Source of the DNA: Azolla caroliniana
Lineage: Eukaryota > Plantae > Polypodiophyta
Length of the DNA: 56,748 bases
NCBI GenBank assembly: GCA_043228905.1
Contig: JBHGNT010000188.1
Span: 1-56,748, forward strand
Direction: 5' to 3'
In this document: in pieces, positions 22,715 through 33,973 of the stretch
Position numbering within the stretch: position 1 is the stretch's first letter
How the letters are laid out: every line of letters starts with the position of its first letter
Notes under the pieces: generated by a model
What the model saw: only the letters and a program-made list of their open reading frames with translations
What the model was told of the DNA's origin: nothing
Database searches by the model: none
Position numbers and translations under genes: made by a program

Positions 22715-25700
22715 AGCGGACTGTTGCGGAGTGGGAAAGTGATAGTCCGAGAAGCCCTGATACTCCACATAGGAAGAAAGCTCTCGATGCAAAACAAGTA
22801 CGAATCGGTCTGGATGGGGCATCCACGTACACAGCTGTAACCGGAGGAATGAAGAAAGAACACCGAAAAGTGGAGGATAAGTTACGGTCGGCCTCAGTAA
22901 TAGAAGAAGACAAAGAAATCATGGGAATAGTTGAAGAGGTGTTTTTATGGGAGCACACTACAACGGCTTGAAGAGCTCGCGGAAGATACAAGCCAGGGAA
23001 ACCGGGTAATTCCGGTGGAGTCGGTCGAGATGTATGAGATCATTGTGAAAATGGGGCCGGATGCGCTCCGCAAAGAAGAAGCAATGGTAAGTATGAAATA
23101 CAAGACCGTGGAGAAGAAAGTGAAACTGGCCGCGGGACCGTCACCCACAGATAGCGAACAAAAGAGGAAAGAAGTCTCGGGGGATCCGACACTTCAGAAG
23201 TCCATAGATATCGGACATGCCTTCACGGATGAGACCCAGAAGAAACTTTGGATCGGTGGAGGTGGGTTCCTATTAAAGAATGAAGAAGAACGATTCCGTG
23301 GGATGCTAGAGCGACATGGGAGAGCATTTGCATTTACATCGAAAGAAATAGGATGCGCTGACCCGAAGATAGTGGAGCCGATGGTGATCTTCACGATTGA
23401 CCATGTGCCGTGGAACCTGAAGCCGATTCCAGTGCCACGGGCGCATATTCCGAAGATCATCGACTTGCTCAAGGAGAAGGTGGTGATGGGGATTCTAGAG
23501 CCATCAAATGCTCCGTACTCAAATCGATGGTTTACGGTTCCGAAGAAGAATGGGTCACTCCGATTTATTCAAGATTTGCAACCGGTGAACAAGGTCACGA
23601 TCCGGAACTCCGGAGTCAGTCCGATAGTGGACGAATTTGTGGAAGCATTTGCCGGTTGCGCAATATACTCCATCAGAGACCTATACTCCGGATATGACCA
23701 ATTCCAACTAGCCATGGAGAGCCGAGACATCACTACCATGCAGACACCGATAGGATTAGTCCGGATGTGTACGCTACGACAAGGCGCGACGAACTCAGTC
23801 GCACTTATGATGAATGCGATGAACAAGGTGCTTCGGGATTGCATACCGGAGATAACGATGCCATTCCTAGATGACATTCCGATGAAAGGGTGTGCGGTGG
23901 AAGAAAAAAATGAAGTTATGGATGAACGGGGATGCCGAAGGTTTGTAGTCAATCATATCCGTGATTGTGAGAAAGTGTTACGGAAGTTAGAAGATGTGCA
24001 TCTAACACTTTCCGGAGAGAAATCGGCATTCGGACAAGAAGAAATATTGGTAGTCGAACATCTATGTGGGCCCTACGGACGAAGACCGTCACCAACCAAG
24101 ATCGATGCGATTCAAGCTATGAAAGAAGTATGCGAGTCACAATCCGAAGTTTGAAGGTTTCTTGGAGCATGTGCATTCTACCACATATGGATTCCGCATT
24201 ATGCACATATAGCGGACCCACTCTATCACTTTTTGCGAAATGGTAAGAAGTTTGAATGGAAACCGGAGCATACCAAAGCCGTGAAGAAGCTCAAGAAATC
24301 ACTACGGAGGGCAGAAGCACTAAAGAAGCCAAACTATGACCAACCGATCATAGTAACGGTTGACACAAGTCCAACCGGAATCGGATGGGTCATCAATCAA
24401 GCCGATCCGGAAGGTTCGCGATATCCGATCCGATTCGGAGCAAAGGTTCTCAATGAAAGGCAACGTGGATATGCACAAGTTAAAAGAGAATTATGTGGAG
24501 TCGTGTCGGCAATCAAATCGGATCGAGATTATTTGATCGGAGCCGAAGTAGTGATCGAAATAGATTGTCTTCCGATACTGGATGTGGCTATGCTAAGATG
24601 GATTGCATATGTTAAGTCACTTAATCCGGAGGTAAGACACATCTCCGAAAAAGACAACGTTGTAGCGGTTATGCTATCAAGGGCGAGGTTCGGAGATGAC
24701 ATAACCGAATCTGATAATGAAGAAGTTTCCGAAGACTACTTTGCTTCGGAGCACATATGCCGGGTGAACGTAATCGAAGAATTCCGGGAAGAAGAGTACG
24801 AGGGAGAAAGCTTGTTGATCGGGAAAATGCTATGAGAAATCGAGGAATCATCGAACAATAAAGAGAAGAGAGCCGAGATTCGAAGTAAAAAACGGCAAGT
24901 CCGAAAGTTCTTCTTGAAAAATGAATTTTTATGGAGGGAGTCGAAAAGACCGGGTGGCATACCACTTCGAGTAGTCGGGACAAAAGAGCAACGAAACCAG
25001 GTAATGTCCGAATTTCACGAATCTGATTGGGTTGGACATCGGGGAACATGGGCAACATTTGGGAAGATCAAACAAAAATATTGGTGGAAGAACATGTACA
25101 AAGATATAGCGGAGTTCACGGAAAGCTGCGAGAAGTGTCAAATCTACTCCGGAGTTCGACACCGAGATGAGCTACATCCAACATTCTCACAACCAATCAA
25201 CTTCAAATGGATGGTCGATATTGTAGCCATGCCAACCGGGATCGGACAAAAGAAGTACTTGGTGTTAGCCCGGGAAGATCTCACAAACCCAGTAGAAGGT
25301 CGGGCGATACGGAGGAAAACGTGTTCTACGGTATGCCAATTCCTTTAGGAAGAAGTGTTTTGCAGGTACCGGTGCGTAGGACAAGTGATTGCGGATCGGG
25401 GAGAACTCGACTCTGATAAAGCTCAGGAATTCTTCACTAAGCATCGAGTTCGGTTAACACTGACAATGGCATACAATCCGGAAGCCAACGGGAAGATCGA
25501 ACGAGGACATAGTCTGATTGTCAAAGCACTTGCAAAGGCATGCGATGGAAGGGTGAAGGATTGGCCGCAGATGCTTCCGTATGCACTATGGGCGGATCGG
25601 CCGACGCATAGCTCCATAACCGGTTACATGACGGCAGAACTCATGACCGGACAAGCACCGGTAATGCCAACGGAAACCGCGATCACAACATTGACAGTGT

Positions 25701-26221
25701 TACCGTGGAAGCAAGATATGAGCCGGGAAGAACTACTAGCGGTCCGGATACGATAACTGGAGGGAAGACCGGAAGACATAGCAGAAGCAATACGCCGACA
25801 ACAAGAAGCGCGATTCCGGAATAAAAGCCGGTTCGACACAAAGCACCAACTACGACTGCGGAAGATTGAAGAAGGAGATTGGGTGATTGTCTACGACGGT
25901 AGTTTGGATCATCAACATACAACGATGCGGAAGTTCGCGAAAAGGTGGTTCGGGCCATACGAGGTTCGGAAAGTTTTCGACAACGGAACTTACCGACTAT
26001 GTGAGTTGGATGGAACAATGCTACGAGTGCCTATAGCCGGGAAACGGGTGAAGATTTTCAAGAAGCGGACTGATGAAGAACCCTATGTGATCCTAAACAA
26101 GACCGACAAGAAGGAGCAATCGAACGAAGATCGCAGTGATGCGGAAAGCGAAGAAAGTGGATTAGAACTCATAGTCGACTTAAGGGGAGAATCGGAGGAA
26201 GCTTCGGATGAAGATGAATAG
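22711..26221 (+). pseudogene. Element B pol ORF2 (RT-RNase H-integrase), disrupted
   Basis: FLDDIP (RT), VDTSPTGIGW (RNase H), HRGTW...CEKC and YNPEANGKIER (integrase), WFGPY; several stops and small indels. Confidence 0.9.
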
Positions 26222-27167
26222 CAAGCATCGGGGACTTCGGCACATACCGGAGGATGTGCGGGTTAGGAGGGGGCGAGTGTCGTAGTGTAATTCGCACACT
26301 ACGTGAAAAATTACATTTTTTGTCTCTCCGGATAGGGCATGGAGTACCCGGTGAGAACCGGAAGAAGGAACCGGTAAGGAGACCCGGCAAGAGCCGGATC
26401 AAGAAGGCCGGTGAGAGTCAGTGAGAAACGGACAAAGAGATCGGTAATGAGGTCCCGGCAAGAACCGGAAAAAGAAAACTAGCAAGCACCGGATGAAGCA
26501 GAACCGGAAAGAGCCGGATGAAGAAGGCCGGTGAAAGTCTCTCACCGGATGAAGAGACATATTTGTAAATAAAAGAAAGTATAAAATATATATATATTAC
26601 ATGCATAGGGCAAGATTCGAACCTTGCACCTCCATGTTAATAATGTTAAGCCTTATCATTATACTAGCGTATTATGAATTTTAAAGTTATACTAAACTTT
26701 ATCCCATGTAAAATTTCTAGACATGCATGGTACAAAAAGTTATTCATGCATAGACACTCGAAAAAAAAAAAAAGATGAGATAGAAAGCTAATCATGCACA
26801 TGCAGTGTGCATGAAAACTAAAAATAGGAAAAGCATGATGCTTGCATGTAATAAACTTAGACTCTTCCAACACTATATAAGGAAGAGAGAAAGATGTATA
26901 GAGGTTGTTGATTATTTTACAAGGGTTGATTAATATAATATAATCGTGGGATCCACGAGTTTTCTAACTATTTTTCTCTCTTAATTTGAGTACTCACTAA
27001 TACACTATACTCGTGGGATTCACGAGTTTTTCATATCTTTCTTTCTTACAATATATTTCATATTCTTAATCGCCTTAGAATTTTCTTTCCTCCTAGTCCA
27101 AAACCCTAGCGGTTCCCACCCGACTCACGCAATGATCCGGAGCCGAAAGGCACGACACCGTAACAGT

Positions 27168-27178
27168 TTGTTCACCTT
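27168..27178 (+). promoter_or_regulatory. Self-priming primer binding site of element G
   Basis: TTGTTCACCTT lies 2 nt after the LTR end and is the exact reverse complement of AAGGTGAACAA (19605-19615), which starts 32 nt after TATAAATA (19573). Confidence 0.8.
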
Positions 27179-27374
27179 CCAACTAGAAGCATCACCCGTC
27201 TCCGTCATCGACCTTGCTTCTAGAGTTACCATCGTCACCGTACCATCATCAACATCGCTTCATTTCCTATCTTCCTCGTCATTTCTATCTCCTAGTTTCT
27301 TCTCATCATTTTCATTGCCTTTTAGTTTCTCCTCATCATTGTCTCTATTTTTTAGTTTCTTTCCCGTTCGTTTT

Positions 27375-28181
27375 CGTGTTCCAGTTCCCGGTGAGGGCTG
27401 CACAAGGCCGCTCACTCCCGTTGGTGTTGGTGTTCTAGTTCTCACTCCCGTTGGTGTTCGTGTTCCAGTTCCCAGTGAGGTCCGCACAAGGTCGCTTACT
27501 CCCGTTGGTGTTTGTGTTATAGTTCCCGGTGAGGTCCGCACAAGGCCGCTCACTCCCGTCGGTGTTCGTGTTACAGTTCCCGGTGAGGGCCGAATGGTCG
27601 CTCATGCCCGTTCATGTTCGAGTTCCCAGTGAGGGCCGCATGGTCGCTCACACCCGTTCGTGTTCCTGTTCCAAGTGAGGGTCGCACATGGCCACTCACT
27701 CTCGTTCGTGTTCCTATTCCCAGTGAGGGCCCCATGGTCGCTCATTCCCATTCGTGTTCCATTCTCCAGTGACAACCGCACATGGTCGCTCACTCCAACT
27801 ATTGTTCGTGTTCTAGATCCCAGTGAGGACCAACATGGTCGCTCATGCCCATTGTTGTTCATGTTCCAGTTCCCGGTGAGGACCACACATGGTTGATTAA
27901 TCCCGTTCGTGTTCGTGTTCCCGGTGAGGGCCACATGGTCGCTCACTCGTTCGTGTTCCATTGCTCGGTGAGGACAACATGGTTGCTCAAGCCCGTTGGT
28001 GTTCGTATTCCAACTCTCAGCGAGGACCGTTCCAGTTCCTGGTAAGGACCCCACATGGTCACTCATGCCCCTTGGTGTTCATGCTCCCCGTGAGGACTGC
28101 ACATGGTCGCTCACACCCGTTGATATTTGTGTTCCAGTCCTACGCGAGGACCACACATGGTCGCTCATGCCCGTTGGTGTT
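27375..28181 (+). repeat. Degenerate tandem array, about 15 units of mostly 46-54 bp, inside element G
   Basis: Approximate consensus GTTCCCGGTGAGGGCCGCACATGGTCGCTCACTCCCGTTGGTGTTCGTGTTCCA. Confidence 0.9.
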
Positions 28182-29364
28182 AAATACCTCGTCTTGTGGA
28201 ATGGTTACTTCTTGTCTAGGATTTACAAAGTACTTTTGAGGTGATCTAAGATTTTCATCAACAATATCCCCTTAAGCCGACAAACGATTTGGGAAGGCAT
28301 CATTGGAGGGGGGATAATGTCAAGATTCGAACTCTTGACAATACCAAGTTATAATCGAGTGTTATGGGTTAACCAATCATGTATATACTTCCTCATTGTA
28401 GGTTTTAGCTAGCATCATGTGCATAATTTCTCCCTTGTACTTGGCACATGCATGCGTACTGATTGCCTACGTGCTCTATTGTATCACATGTGTGCAACAA
28501 GTATGCATGCCACTTAGTATAAATAGTTGAGTTCACCTTGAAGGAATTCAAGGTGAACAACGCCAGTCATGGACATATCAATCTAGTATTCTCACTTCAC
28601 CCATCTTCTCTCCTTAATCTTCACCTCTATCTTTACGCTCTTGTGTCATTCCGTCATCGCTCCATCGTAGCCTCATCATCCGTGCTCTGTCTTAGTCCGC
28701 GCTTGGTGTGCCATGATAGGAGGCGGATCGGCCCCGTGGGCGTGGTGGACGAGACGGGTCGGCTCGCAATGGTAGCGGCTGGCAAGAGCAGGATCGAAGG
28801 CACAGAGAGCATGCCGACAACAGTTCCGGACCCTCCACAAGTAGGGGGAGTCAAGGCGGCGCTGGAGGCCGGCAAGCAAAGGCCGACACGGAATGCTCAT
28901 ACTATGGTAAAAAGGGCCACAGAGAAAGCGAGTGTTGGAAGAAGCGCGCCGATTCGGACAGATCGAGATCTGGCAAGGCCAGTAGAGAGAACCGGCAATA
29001 CTCGCACTACGCAGAAGGATCGGGAGGATCCAAAACTGGAAAAGCCAGTAAAGGGCTAGCCTTGGTGATGAAACACAAGGCTAACTCGATGAAGAAGACC
29101 ACTTCCAAATCGGAGGAAGTGTGGTACGTTGATTCCGGTGCATCAAATCACATGTCGAGCCATAGAGAGTGGTTCTCCTTCTTGGAGAGACCGGAACAAC
29201 CAGGAGTTGTCGAAACCGGAGACGACACTCCACATCCTATCGTGCAAATCGGAGAAATCCCTTTGAGCCACGTCACAACGAGGGGGAAGTTGTTGAACGT
29301 ATTGTTGGGAGACAGGTCCCTCCGGATGGGAAGGGAGAAGAACAGTGCCGATGAACAAACTCGT

Positions 29365-29530
29365 ATGAGGAGGACCCGGGTACGGAGAGCCGGATGATAC
29401 AGACCCGGTGAAGACCGGATGAGGAGTACCCGGCTACGGAGATCCGGATGATACAGACCCGGTGAAGACAAGATGAGGAGTACCCGGCTATGGAGAGCCG
29501 GATGGCGCAGACCCGGTATGAACCGGATGA
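29365..29530 (+). repeat. Three 54-bp tandem repeats in the D LTR U3 (copy at about 41231-41395)
   Basis: Unit ATGAGGAGTACCCGGCTACGGAGAGCCGGATGATACAGACCCGGTGAAGACCGG. Confidence 0.9.
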
Positions 29531-30337
29531 AGAGACATATTTGTAAATATGTTTTCTGAGAGTTCATCGAGGCTATATTTGTAAATAGCCGAAAAGTCAT
29601 ATTAGTATAAATATGACTTAGGGCAAACTTTTAGTAGGTTGTTGTCATTTTCTGTTTTGCACGAGATTAGTGTGCGTTGTCGTGCCCTTCGGCTCCGGAT
29701 CGTTGCGTGAGTCGGGTGGGAACCGCCGAGGTTTATGACTAGGAGGAAGAGGAATACAACTTAAGGCTAGTTATGAATAGTGGAAAGAGAAGTAAGATAG
29801 CAATCTCGTGAATCCCACGAGTTTAGTGTAATTAAAACAATATTTAGATTGTAAGAGCAATTAGATGGCAAAATTCGTGAATCCCACGAATGTATTAGAT
29901 TGATCAATGCTTGTATATTAATCAACAACCTTATACATATTTCTCTCCTCCTTATATAAAGATGGAAGAGGCTAAGCATGGCTTCATGCTTTTCACCTAA
30001 AGTGTCCATGCACACTAAATGTGCATGTGATGCTTTGTCATTTCCTAAATATAGGGCTCATGCACGCTAGATGTGCATGAGTCACTTTTAATGTCACGTG
30101 TAAATAAAATATTCACACTCTAAAGAATACATGATTTTTACCTTTTAATAAAGGTATGTGTAAATAAAGGTCTTATACGTATTAAATCTATATTTATAAA
30201 ACTAAAGATAAGTTATTACAATGGTAAAGTTGGGGTTTATCTACGTGGAGGTGCATGGTTCGAATCTTGCCCTATGCACATGATAAATTCTTTTGATATA
30301 TAATTTATTTATTTATATGTATCTAAAATCGGATATA

Positions 30338-33300
30338 TTATTTTATGGTTTTCACGTAGTGTGTGGAATATACTACGACACTCGCCCCCTCCGAACCCGC
30401 ACATCCTCCGGTATGTGCTGAAGTTCTCGATTCCCCATATCCGTCTTCACCCAAAGCTTCCTCCGATTCTCCCCTTATGTCGACTATGAGTTGTAATTCA
30501 CTTTCTTCGCTTCCCGCATCACCGTGGTCTTCATCCGATTGCTCCTCGTTGTCGGCCTTGGCTTGGATCACATAGGGTTTGTCGTCGGTCCGCTTCTTGA
30601 AAATCTTCACCCGCTTCCCGGCTATAGGCACTCGTAATATTGTTCCATCCAACTCGGACAGTCGGTACGTTCCGTTGTCGAAGACTTTCCGAACCTCGTA
30701 TGGCCCGAACCACCTTTTCGCGAATTTCCGCATCGTTGTATGTTGATGGTCCAAACTACTGTCATAGACGATCACCCAATCTCCTTCTTCAATCCTCCTC
30801 GGTCGTAGTCGGTGCTTTGTGTCGAACCGGCTTTTGTTCCTTAATCGTGCTTCTTGTTGTCGGCGTATTGCTTCCCCTATGTCTGCCGGTCTTCCCTCTA
30901 GTTGTCGTATCTGGACCGCTAGTAGTTCTTCCCGGCTCATCTCTTCCTTCCACGGTAGCACTGTCCATGTTGCGATCGCGGTTTCTGTCGGCATTACCGG
31001 TGCTTGTCCGGTCATGAGTTCTGCCGGCATGTAACCGGTTATGGATCTATGCGTCGTCCGATCCGCCCATAGTGCATACAGAAGCATCTGCGGCCAGTCC
31101 TTCACCTTTCCATCGCATGCCTTCGCAAGTGCTTTCACGATCGGACTATGTCCTCGTTCGATTTTCCCGTTGGCCTCCGGATTGTATGCCGTTGTCAACG
31201 ATAACCGAACTCCGTGTTTGGCGAAGAATCCCCTAGCTTTGTCCGAGTCGAGTTCTCCCCGGTCCGCAATCACTTGTCCTACGCACCCGTACCTGCAAAA
31301 TACTTCCTCCAAAAGAAATTGGCATACCGCGGAACACGTTTTCCTCTGAAGCGCTCGACCTTCTACTTGATTCGTGAGATCTTCCCGAGCTAATACCAAG
31401 TATTTCTTTTGTCCGATCCCGGTCGGCATGGCCACTATGTCAACCATCCAGTTGAAGTTGATTGTCGGTGAGAATGTCGGATGTAACTCATCTCGATGTC
31501 GAACCCCGGAGTAGACTTGACATTTCTCGCAGCTTTCCGTGAACTCCGCGACATCTTTGTACATTTTCTTCCACCAATATTTTTGCTTGATCTTCACAAA
31601 TGTTGCCCATGTTCCTCGGTGTCCAGCCCAATCAGATTTGTGAAACTCGGACATTATCCGGTTTCGTTGCTCTTTTGTCCCGACTACTCGAAGTGGTATA
31701 CCATCCGGTCTTTTCGGCGCCCTCCATATTATTCCGTTTTCCAAGAAGAACTTTTGGACTTGCCTCTTCTTCCTTCGGATCTCGGATCTTCTTCCTTTAT
31801 CGTTTGTTGAATCCTCGGCCTCTTGTAACATCTTTCCGATCATCAAGCTTTCTCCCTCGTATTCTTCTTCCCGGAATTCTCGGATTACGTTTACTCGGCA
31901 TATGTGCTCCGACGCGAAGTAGTCTTCGAAAACTTCTTCATTATCCGATTCGGTTATGTCGTCTCCGAATCGAGCCCTTGATAACATATCCGCTACCGCG
32001 TTGTCCTTCCCCGAGATGTGTCGAACCTCCGGATTAAGCGACTTGACATATGCAACCCACCTTAGCATAGCTACATCCGGTATCGTACAACACCGCATCA
32101 TCCCGAGTATCGGAAGACAATCTGTCTCGATCACCACTTCGGCTCCGATCAAATAATCCCGATCCGATTTTATCGCCGACACGACTCCCCAAAGTTCTCT
32201 TTTGACTTGTGCATATCCTCGTTGCCTTTCATTGAGAACCTTTGCTCCGAATCGGATCGGATACCGCGAACCATCCGAGTCGGCTTGATTGATGACCCAC
32301 CCGATACCGGTTGGACTTGTATCAACCGTTACTATGATCGGTCGGTCATAGCTCGGCTTCTTAAGTGCTTCCGCCCTCCGAAGTGTCTTCTTCAATTTCT
32401 TCATGGCTTTGGTGTGTTCCGGTTTCCATTCGAATTTCTTACCTTTCCTCAACAAGTGGTAGAGCGGGTCCGCTATATGTGCATAGTGCGTAATCCATAT
32501 GTGATAGAATGCACATGCACCGAGAAACCTTTAGACTTCGGATGTTGACTCGCATACTTCCTCCATAGCTTGAATCGCATCGATCTTTGTTGGTGACGGT
32601 CTTCGGCCGTAGGGCCCACATAGATGTCCGACCACCAATATTTCTTCTTGCCCGAATGCCGATTTCTCCCCGGAAAGTGTTAGGTGCACATCTTCTAGCT
32701 TTCGCAACAATTTCTCGCAATCATGAATATGGTCGACCACGAACTTTCGGCATCCCCGATCATCCATAGTCTCATCTTTTTCTTCTACCGCGCATCCTTT
32801 CATCGGAATGTCATCGAGGAACGGCATCGTTATCTCTGGAATGCAGTCTCGAAGCACCTTGTTCATCGCGTTAATCATATGAGCAACCGAGTTTGTCGCT
32901 CCTTGTGGTAGTGTGCACATTCGGACTAATCCTATCGGTGTTCGCATGGTTGTGATGTCTCGGCTCTCCACGGCTAGTTGGAATTGGTCATACCCCGAGT
33001 ATAGGTCTCCGATGGAGTATATCGCACGACCGGCAAAAGCTTCCGCAAATTCGTCCACTATCGGACCGACTCCCGAGTTCTGGATCGTGACCTTATTCAC
33101 CGGTTGCAAGTCTTGGATAAATCGGAGTGACCCATTCTTCTTCGGAACCGTAAACCATCGATTTGAGTACGGAGCAGTTGATGGCTCTAGAATCCCCATC
33201 GCCACCTTCTCCTTGAGCAAGTCAATGACTTTCGGAATATGCGCTCATGGCACCGGAATTGGCTTCAGGTTACACGGTACATGGTCAATCGTGAAGATCA

Positions 33301-33973
33301 CCATCGGCTCCACTATTCTCGGATCGACGCACCCTATCTCCCTTGATGTAAATGCAAACGCTTTGCCGTGTTGCTCCAACATCTCGCAAAACCGTTCTTC
33401 TTCTTTTTGTAATAGGAACCCACCTCCACCGATCCGAAGTTTCTTCCGGGTCTCATCCGTGAAGGCATGTCCGATATCCACGGACTTCCGAAGTGTCGGA
33501 TCTCCCGAGACTTCTTTCCTCTTTTGTTCGGTATCGGCGGGTAGTGGTCCCGCGGCCGGTTTCACCTTCTTCTCCACGGTCTTGTATTTCGTACTTACCA
33601 TTGCTTCTTCTTTGCGGAGCGTATCCGGCTCCATTTTCGCAATGATCTCGTACATCTCGACCGATTCCACCGGGACTACCCGGTTCCCTTGGCTTTTATC
33701 TTCCGCAAGCTCTTCAAGTCGTTGTAGCATGCTCTCATAAAACACTTCTTCGACTATCCCCACGATTTCTTCATCTTCTTTTATTATTGATGCCGACCGC
33801 AACTTATCCTCCACTTGTCGGTATCCTTTCTTCAATCCTCCGGTTACGGTCGTGTACGTAGATGCCCCATCCGGACCGATTCGTACATGTTTTGCTCCGA
33901 GAGTTTTCTTCCTGTGTGGGGTATCAGGGCTTCTCGGACTATCACTTCCCCACTCCGCAACAGTCCGCTTTAA
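30338..33973 (-). pseudogene. Element C pol ORF2 (RT-RNase H-integrase) in the -1 frame; two in-frame stops
   Basis: ORF pieces 33245-33835, 32531-33220 and 30338-32455 share one frame; stops at 33245-33247 and 32531-32533. Confidence 0.9.

Larger units (their letters stand above)
19771..27157 (+). mobile_element. Element B: full-length Phygy-like Ty3/Gypsy, inserted 4 bp from the end of the G 5' LTR
   Basis: LTRs 19771-20637 and 26278-27157 (TGTCGT...ACGACA). 4-bp TSD CCGT. Trp PBS 20642-20658. PPT about 26265-26277. Confidence 0.95.
19358..28718 (+). mobile_element. Element G: non-autonomous, non-coding LTR element (about 2 kb without insertion B), apparently self-priming
   Basis: 5' LTR 19358-19770 plus 27162-27165; 3' LTR 28318-28718. 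TSD GGAGG (19353-19357, 28719-28723). PPT GGAGGGGGGATAA 28305-28317. No retroviral protein motifs inside. Confidence 0.9.

Noticed and set aside
27375-28181. CRISPR-like appearance of the repeat array
   Set aside because: Units are degenerate copies along their whole length, with no unique spacers and no cas genes, in a eukaryotic LTR context.
27132-28244. ORFs of 66-166 aa across the G interior
   Set aside because: Low-complexity translations of the repeats, open on both strands, with no recognisable domain.
28538-29059. 173-aa ORF as a novel gene
   Set aside because: Chance read-through from the G 3' LTR into an alternative frame of the element E gag.
30205-30280. Functional tRNA gene in the LTRs
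   Set aside because: A/B-box-like motifs are present, but I could not fold convincing acceptor and anticodon stems; reported only as a tRNA-like module.
32913-33740. Long antisense ORFs over pol genes (also 1415-2113, 21695-22213)
   Set aside because: Shadow ORFs caused by the codon bias of the sense strand.
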